Below are positions 58,372 through 64,000 of a DNA stretch of 64,000 nucleotides, piece by piece (within the stretch, counting starts at the first letter, position 1; every line of letters begins with the position of its first letter). Under the pieces are notes generated by a model. It did not search any database and had not been told where the DNA came from. It saw only the letters and a list, made by a program, of their open reading frames with translations. The translations under genes and the position numbers were made by a program. This stretch comes from an uncultured Bacteroidales bacterium (GTDB lineage Bacteria > Bacteroidota > Bacteroidia > Bacteroidales > UBA932), in the NCBI GenBank assembly GCA_944325965.1, contig CALVCB010000001.1, positions 3,732 to 67,731 on the forward strand. The letters run 5' to 3'.

Positions 58372-58791
58372 ATGGCAAGAAATGAAATATCCCATATCGG
58401 CAGGATAAAGGAGATGACTCCGGAGTCGACCGTGGTGGAAATAGTCTCGTCTTCGGCCTGCTCCGCCTGCCATGCCAGAGGCCTGTGCAGCGTGTCTGAA
58501 GAGAAAGTCAAGGAAATAGAGGTGCCTACAGATCCTTATGCCACATGGAAGACCGGTGATGAGGTCCGTGTTATGCTGAAACAGACAATGGGGCTGAAGG
58601 CTGTCTGGATTTCTTATGTGGCGCCGTTACTTATTTTAATGATTTTAATATTAACTTTGTCGGCCGTCGGGGTGCATGAAATATATACCGGCCTGGCCGC
58701 GGCAGGGGCGGTTGCCGTGTATTATCTGGTAATTTACCTTATGAGGGGCTTCCTGGCCAGGGATTTCGTGTTCTACCTAAAGGAAAAATAG
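58372..58791 (+). CDS. rseC: RseC/MucC family protein
   Basis: ISHIG, SACSACHARGLC and two C-terminal TM helices. Lies upstream of rnfB. Confidence 0.88.
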   Translation: MARNEISHIGRIKEMTPESTVVEIVSSSACSACHARGLCSVSEEKVKEIEVPTDPYATWKTGDEVRVMLKQTMGLKAVWISYVAPLLILMILILTLSAVGVHEIYTGLAAAGAVAVYYLVIYLMRGFLARDFVFYLKEK

Positions 58792-58814
58792 TAATATTTT
58801 TAATTAACACTATA

Positions 58815-59795
58815 ATGACAACAACAATTATCTGGACTATTGCGATCATCACCCTCCTGGGTGTCGTGCTTGCGGTGGTCCTTTACCTTGTAGCGGAGAA
58901 GTTCAAGGTGGAGGAAGACCCGCGCATCGATGAAGTGGAGAAGGTGATGCCGGGAGCCAACTGCGGCGGCTGCGGATTTGCCGGCTGCCGTGCGTTTGCC
59001 CAATCCTGTGTCGAGGCCATGAATCTGGACAACAATTTCTGTCCGGTAGGTGGCAACGAGACTATGAAGAAGGTCGCTGCCGTCCTGGGTCTGGAGGTCA
59101 AGGAGAAGGCCCCGATGGTGGCGGTAGTACGTTGCAACGGGACATGCTCCAACCGTCCACGGACGAACGATTACGGCGGATACAGCTCATGCAAAGTGAA
59201 GTCCGCCCTCTACAGCGGGGACACCGGCTGTTTCTACGGATGCCTGGGCTGCGGGGATTGCGTGGCTGCCTGCCAGTTCGGTGCTCTTTCCATGGATCCG
59301 GAGACAGGGCTTCCTGTCGTGGACGAGGAGAAGTGCACAGCCTGCGGAGCCTGTGTAAAGGCATGCCCTAAGCGTATCATCGAGCTGCGCAACAAGGGAC
59401 CGAAGAACCGCCGCGTTTTCGTCTCCTGCGTGAACATGGAGAAGGGTGCCGCGGCCCGCAAGGCCTGCAAGGCAGCCTGCATCGGCTGCGGCAAATGCGA
59501 GAAAGCCTGTCCGTTCGGGGCAGTGAAGGTTGAGCACAATGTGGCTTACATCGATTTCGAAAAGTGCAGGCTCTGCCGCAAGTGTGTGGTCGAGTGCCCT
59601 ACCGGAGCCATCCATGATGTCAATTTCCCGGCGCCTGCCGTGAAGCCTGCCCCTAAGCCTGCAGCACCGGCATCTGCCGCCGCTTCGGCCGCGAAACCGG
59701 TTGCACAGCCGGCTGCGCCTGCGGCTCCGGAGGTGAAAGTCTCTGCCGCGGAGGCCGGAAAGAAAGTTGAACCAGAGAAAAAGAGCGAGGAATAG
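58815..59795 (+). CDS. rnfB: Rnf complex subunit B (polyferredoxin)
   Basis: PGANCGGCGFAGC, several CxxCxxCxxxCP motifs and a Pro/Ala-rich tail. Confidence 0.94.
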   Translation: MTTTIIWTIAIITLLGVVLAVVLYLVAEKFKVEEDPRIDEVEKVMPGANCGGCGFAGCRAFAQSCVEAMNLDNNFCPVGGNETMKKVAAVLGLEVKEKAPMVAVVRCNGTCSNRPRTNDYGGYSSCKVKSALYSGDTGCFYGCLGCGDCVAACQFGALSMDPETGLPVVDEEKCTACGACVKACPKRIIELRNKGPKNRRVFVSCVNMEKGAAARKACKAACIGCGKCEKACPFGAVKVEHNVAYIDFEKCRLCRKCVVECPTGAIHDVNFPAPAVKPAPKPAAPASAAASAAKPVAQPAAPAAPEVKVSAAEAGKKVEPEKKSEE

Positions 59796-59798
59796 ACT

Positions 59799-61163
59799 AT
59801 GAAGACATTTTCAATCGGCGGCGTTCATCCGGACGACAAGAAGATTTCCGCAGGGAGCAGGATAGAGGTTCTTCCTATTCCAAAGACCGTGTATATCTCC
59901 ATGGCACAGCATCTGGGCGGTCCGGCTAAAGCTGTAGTGGCCCCCGGTGACAAGGTGAAGACAGGTCAGGTTATCGGAGAGCCTACAGGGTTCATTTCAG
60001 CTTATGTGCACTCGTCTGTCACAGGTACAGTCAAGTCTGTGGGGCTGCGCAAGGACCTGGCCGGGATACCGGTGGTCCATGTCGAGATAGAAACCGGGCC
60101 TGACGAATGGGCCGACGGGATCGACACTTCCGATACCCTGGTCACAGATATCCCTCAGGACAGGCAGTTCATCATAGACAGGATCAAGAACAACGGCGTA
60201 GTGGGCCTTGGCGGTGCGACCTTCCCTACCCATGTGAAACTTTGCCCTCCTCCTGACAAGAAAGCTGAGTGCCTGATTCTCAACGGGGCGGAATGTGAGC
60301 CGTATCTTACCTCCGACTACCGTATCATGCTCGAGAAGACCAGCCAGATAGTGGTCGGTGCCGCGCTAATGAAGAAGGTCCTCGGAGTGCAGAGGGCCGT
60401 CATCGGAATAGAGGAGAACAAGCCTGAAGCCATCAGTGCCATGTCGGCGGCTGTGGCTGACCTGCAGAAGAAATCCCCTGACTACAGTGGCATTGAAGTC
60501 ATGACCCTGAAGAAAAAATATCCGCAGGGCGGGGAAAAGCAGCTCATTGATGCCGTAATGCGCAGGCAGGTGAAGTCTATGGGACTGCCTATAGACGTCG
60601 GTGCGGTAGTACAGAATGTGGCTACGTCACTCGCTGTATATGATGCTGTGCAAAAGAATATGCCACTCATCTCCAATACATTGACCGTGACAGGCGACTG
60701 CCTTCCGGCTGACAGGCAGAAGAACTACCTGTTCCGCATAGGCTTCCCTCTTTCATACATTGCGGAGTACAACGGCGGTGTCCCTGAAGGGGCCGTGAAG
60801 ATTGTCAGCGGAGGCCCTATGATGGGAAAGGCTGTATCCAATTTTGACGCGGCTACACTGAAGGGCTCCTCTTCGATCCTCTATCTCACTGCAGAGCAGA
60901 CAGAAAGGAAACCCGAGTCCAACTGCATCCGCTGCGGCAAATGTGCCGAGGCCTGCCCGATGGGACTCGAGCCGTTCCTTCTGAACAAACTCGCCCGCAA
61001 CGGGATGACGGAAGAGCTTGAGGACAATGCGGTGCAGGACTGCATCGAGTGCGGATGCTGCCTGTACAGCTGCCCTGCAAATATTCCTCTGCTGGATGTG
61101 ATCAGAATTGCCAAAGGCGAGGTAATCAGAGCTATACGTGCCCGTACAGCACCTAAGAAATAA
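59799..61163 (+). CDS. rnfC: Rnf complex subunit C
   Basis: GGVHP, GLGGATFPT, NGAECEPYLT, KYPQGGEKQL, GGPMMG and two 4Fe-4S motifs. Confidence 0.96.
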   Translation: MKTFSIGGVHPDDKKISAGSRIEVLPIPKTVYISMAQHLGGPAKAVVAPGDKVKTGQVIGEPTGFISAYVHSSVTGTVKSVGLRKDLAGIPVVHVEIETGPDEWADGIDTSDTLVTDIPQDRQFIIDRIKNNGVVGLGGATFPTHVKLCPPPDKKAECLILNGAECEPYLTSDYRIMLEKTSQIVVGAALMKKVLGVQRAVIGIEENKPEAISAMSAAVADLQKKSPDYSGIEVMTLKKKYPQGGEKQLIDAVMRRQVKSMGLPIDVGAVVQNVATSLAVYDAVQKNMPLISNTLTVTGDCLPADRQKNYLFRIGFPLSYIAEYNGGVPEGAVKIVSGGPMMGKAVSNFDAATLKGSSSILYLTAEQTERKPESNCIRCGKCAEACPMGLEPFLLNKLARNGMTEELEDNAVQDCIECGCCLYSCPANIPLLDVIRIAKGEVIRAIRARTAPKK

Positions 61164-61182
61164 CGATAAAATATACAAGACA

Positions 61183-62166
61183 ATGGATAGAATATTGGTT
61201 TCACCGTCTCCACATATCCACGCGAGGACATCCACTTCGGCCCTCATGCGTGATGTGGTGATAGCTCTGCTGCCTTCGGTCATCGTTTCCATCCTCTACT
61301 ACGGATGGAGTGCAATGGTCCTTCTGGCCGCGAGCGTGGTTTCATGTATCGTGGTGGAGTATCTGATAACGCGGTTCATGTATAAGGCACCGTCCACGGT
61401 AGGGGACTGGTCCTCATCGGTTACGGGTGTCCTCCTCTTTCTAAATCTTCCCCCTTCCTGTCCGTGGTGGGTGGCTGTCATAGGGGCTGTATTTGCTATC
61501 GGTGTAGTCAAGATGACTTTCGGTGGCCTGGGACAGAACCTTTTCAATCCGGCCATAGCCGCCAGGGTGTTCCTCCTGGTCTCTTTCCCTACTTTCATGA
61601 CCAACTGGGCTGCTCCGAAAGGCTTTATCGGCGGGGTGGATGCAGTTTCCGGAGCCACACCTCTGGGTATCGTGAAGGAGGGGCTTGCACAGGGGATGAC
61701 CCTTCCGGAGATCTATGCGCAGCATGATTTCTCCTACCTCCAGACTCTGTTCATCAATATCGGGGGGTCGGCAGGAGAGATTTCGGCCATAGCCATCCTC
61801 GCGGGCTTCATCTATCTCCTGGCGCGCAAGGTAATCAGGCCTTATATCACTCTTTCCATACTGGCGACTGTGTTTGTTTTCTCCGGGATATTCTGGATCG
61901 TAAACCCTGACCAGTACACGGATCCTCTGTTCAACCTTCTTACAGGAGGTGTCCTTCTGGGTGCGGTCTTCATGGCCACAGACTATGTGACATCACCTAT
62001 GAGCGACAAGGGAGGAGTCATCTTCGGAGTCGGCATCGGTCTTCTGACCATCCTGATAAGGTACTTCGGGTCATATCCGGAAGGCATGTCTTTCGCGATA
62101 CTGATAATGAACTCAGTAGTGCCGCTTATCAACAAGTTCTGCAAACAAAAGAAATACGGGAGGTAA
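61183..62166 (+). CDS. rnfD: Rnf complex subunit D
   Basis: SPSPH, FGGLGQNLFNPA, SGATP (FMN site) and FMATDYVTSP motifs. Confidence 0.96.
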   Translation: MDRILVSPSPHIHARTSTSALMRDVVIALLPSVIVSILYYGWSAMVLLAASVVSCIVVEYLITRFMYKAPSTVGDWSSSVTGVLLFLNLPPSCPWWVAVIGAVFAIGVVKMTFGGLGQNLFNPAIAARVFLLVSFPTFMTNWAAPKGFIGGVDAVSGATPLGIVKEGLAQGMTLPEIYAQHDFSYLQTLFINIGGSAGEISAIAILAGFIYLLARKVIRPYITLSILATVFVFSGIFWIVNPDQYTDPLFNLLTGGVLLGAVFMATDYVTSPMSDKGGVIFGVGIGLLTILIRYFGSYPEGMSFAILIMNSVVPLINKFCKQKKYGR

Positions 62167-62170
62167 TGAC

Positions 62171-62812
62171 ATGGCTGTAAAATCATCATTCAAGAATATG
62201 GTGCTGTGCCTTCTGGTCATCTGCCTGGTCAGCTCGGCCCTGCTCGCGGTAGTGTATGCCGTGACCAAGGCTCCTATAGACGCGGCTGCAGCGGCAAAGA
62301 CCAACAACGCCATAGCCCAGGTCGTCCCTGAGTTTGACGGGACTCCGGAACTGGCGGAAATCAATGTGGCCGGTACGGACTATACATATTACAAGGTCTC
62401 CAAAGGCGGTTCAGTGGCAGGGTACGCCATCATTGCTTCCGGTTCCGGATTCAGCGGTCCTGTGACCCTGATGGTGGGTGTGACTGCCGACGGCATTGTA
62501 TATAATACTACAGTGCTTTCCCAGGCGGAGACCCCGGGGCTCGGTGCCAAATGTACGGAGCCTGCCTTCGCCGGCCAGTTCAGGAACTTCAATCCTGCGG
62601 AGAAGGTCCTCAAGGTGAAGAAAGACGGCGGTGACGTGGATGCTATCACTGCCTCGACCATTACATCCAGGGCCTATGTGTCTGCAATCCAGACTGCGCT
62701 GGAAGTTTTCGGTACCATCACTACAGGCAGCCAGCCTGACGGGACTTCCGGTGCGTCGGCTGCTGCTGACAAGGTTTCAGAGACAGATAACGGAGGACAG
62801 AGCAATGAGTAA
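62171..62812 (+). CDS. rnfG: Rnf complex subunit G
   Basis: N-terminal TM, ETPGLG and DAITASTITS motifs. Confidence 0.93.
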   Translation: MAVKSSFKNMVLCLLVICLVSSALLAVVYAVTKAPIDAAAAAKTNNAIAQVVPEFDGTPELAEINVAGTDYTYYKVSKGGSVAGYAIIASGSGFSGPVTLMVGVTADGIVYNTTVLSQAETPGLGAKCTEPAFAGQFRNFNPAEKVLKVKKDGGDVDAITASTITSRAYVSAIQTALEVFGTITTGSQPDGTSGASAAADKVSETDNGGQSNE

Positions 62813-63389
62813 ACTTCAGCTTATAACCAAAGGACTTGTCAAGGAGAATCCAACATTTGTCCTTATCCTGGGTATGTGTCCAACCCTGGCCACTACCACA
62901 TCTGCTATGAACGGCATGGGCATGGGGCTCGCCACACTGTTTGTGCTGGTGCTCTCCAACATGGCCATTTCGGCCACTGCGCCTTACATACCTGACAAGG
63001 TGCGCATTCCTGCGTATATCGTGATTATCGCCGCATTTGTTACTATCCTGCAGTTCATCATGCAGGCCTATACTCCGGCAATGTACGAGACGCTGGGTCT
63101 TTTCATCCCCCTTATTGTGGTGAACTGTATTGTGCTTGGCCGTGCGGAGGCTTTTGCCAACAAGAACAGCGTGATAGACTCCGCTTGCGACGGTCTTGGC
63201 ATCGGGCTCGGGTTCACCTGCGCCCTGACTGTGCTGGGTCTTGTCCGCGAGATTATCGGGAGCGGTTCCGCATTCGGCTTCAAGTTCATATCCGGAGACG
63301 GCATCCTCGTATTTGTGCTTGCCCCGGGCGCTTTCCTTGCCCTTGGCTATCTTATAGTGATTTTCAGAAGACTTACGGCAAAAAAGTAA
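62805..63389 (+). CDS. rnfE: Rnf complex subunit E
   Basis: ENPTFVLILGMCP, VRIP and PLIVVNCIVLGRAEAFA motifs. Confidence 0.95.
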   Translation: MSKLQLITKGLVKENPTFVLILGMCPTLATTTSAMNGMGMGLATLFVLVLSNMAISATAPYIPDKVRIPAYIVIIAAFVTILQFIMQAYTPAMYETLGLFIPLIVVNCIVLGRAEAFANKNSVIDSACDGLGIGLGFTCALTVLGLVREIIGSGSAFGFKFISGDGILVFVLAPGAFLALGYLIVIFRRLTAKK

Positions 63390-63395
63390 TCTGCT

Positions 63396-63995
63396 ATGGA
63401 ATATATAATAATCATCATATCGGCGATATTCGTAAACAATATCCTGCTGTCCCAGTTCCTCGGCTGCTGTCCGTTCCTGGGCGTGTCCAACAAGCTGAGC
63501 ACTGCCGTGGGAATGTCCGGTGCCGTATGTTTCGTGATTACGCTTTCTACGCTTGTGACATATCTTCTCCAGTACTATGTGCTTGTCCCGCTGCATATCG
63601 AATTCATGCAGACGGTGGCTTTTATCCTTGTGATAGCCGCCCTGGTGCAGATGGTTGAGATTGTGCTTAAGAAAGTCAGCCCTTCTCTTTACCAGGCCCT
63701 GGGAATCTTCCTGCCTCTTATTACTACCAACTGTGCAGTTCTGGGAGTGGCGCTTATCGTGGTGACCAAGGAGTTCACGTTCGGAGGAGAGCCGCACATG
63801 CTTAACCTTGCGGAGTCCATTGTCTATGCCTTTGCCACTTCTGTGGGTTTCGGCGTGGCGATGATCCTGTTTGCCGGTCTGCGTGAGCAGCTGGCCCTGA
63901 ACAAGGTCCCGAAGGCTTTCCAGGGGACTCCTATCGCACTTATCACGGCAAGTATCCTGGCTCTCGCCTTCATGGGCTTTTCAGGTCTGGTATAG
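63396..63995 (+). CDS. rnfA: Rnf complex subunit A
   Basis: [32 protein letters not shown] and LAFMGF motifs. Confidence 0.95.
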   Translation: MEYIIIIISAIFVNNILLSQFLGCCPFLGVSNKLSTAVGMSGAVCFVITLSTLVTYLLQYYVLVPLHIEFMQTVAFILVIAALVQMVEIVLKKVSPSLYQALGIFLPLITTNCAVLGVALIVVTKEFTFGGEPHMLNLAESIVYAFATSVGFGVAMILFAGLREQLALNKVPKAFQGTPIALITASILALAFMGFSGLV

Positions 63996-64000
63996 TGCAG

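Noticed and set aside
59625-59760. Pro/Ala-rich low-complexity tail of RnfB (similar linker in OmpA)
   Set aside because: An ordinary flexible tail with no exact DNA tandem repeat.
48161-63797. Other long antisense ORFs (48161-48997, 49313-50077, 51076-51873, 56347-57159, 62721-63797)
   Set aside because: They lie opposite well-conserved genes and are expected from codon bias.
1-64000. CRISPR array, rRNA or full-length IS element
   Set aside because: No regularly spaced repeats, rRNA-like stretch or transposase ORF was seen by eye.

Overview
A 64-kb chromosomal segment from a Bacteroidales-type gut anaerobe. The assignment is inferred from SusC/SusD, lipobox signal peptides, TAnnTTTG promoters and the gene order; no search was run. 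Positions 1-18.5 kb hold a minus-strand polysaccharide utilisation locus that looks like an N-glycan system: GH3, GH92, GH2, GH29, DUF1573, SusC/SusD, a GH18 endoglycosidase and two DUF1735 lipoproteins. Its SusC is split by a frameshift in a G9 run, and a ~200-bp structured element with terminal inverted repeats sits between GH3 and GH92. Next come tRNA-Ser(GGA) and housekeeping genes (queH, rubredoxin, sod, menA-like, pflA/pflB, short ssb, dcp, two GIN-domain lipoproteins, lptG, tgt, a nucleoside permease). At 34.8-40.7 kb is a candidate phase-variable surface-layer locus: an eroded tyrosine recombinase, a promoter bracketed by 14-bp perfect inverted repeats (currently pointing ON, with an A13 run in the -33/-7 spacer), a 1088-aa low-GC lipoprotein and an OmpA. 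The rest is surface-protein genes with long palindromes between them, ilvE/ilvA, thiN, an in-frame LptF-Fmt fusion, alaS, two M23 peptidases, merR, nif3, a Zn-ribbon gene, dnaB, DUF3108 and the rseC-rnfBCDGEA operon. All calls come from reading motifs by eye.
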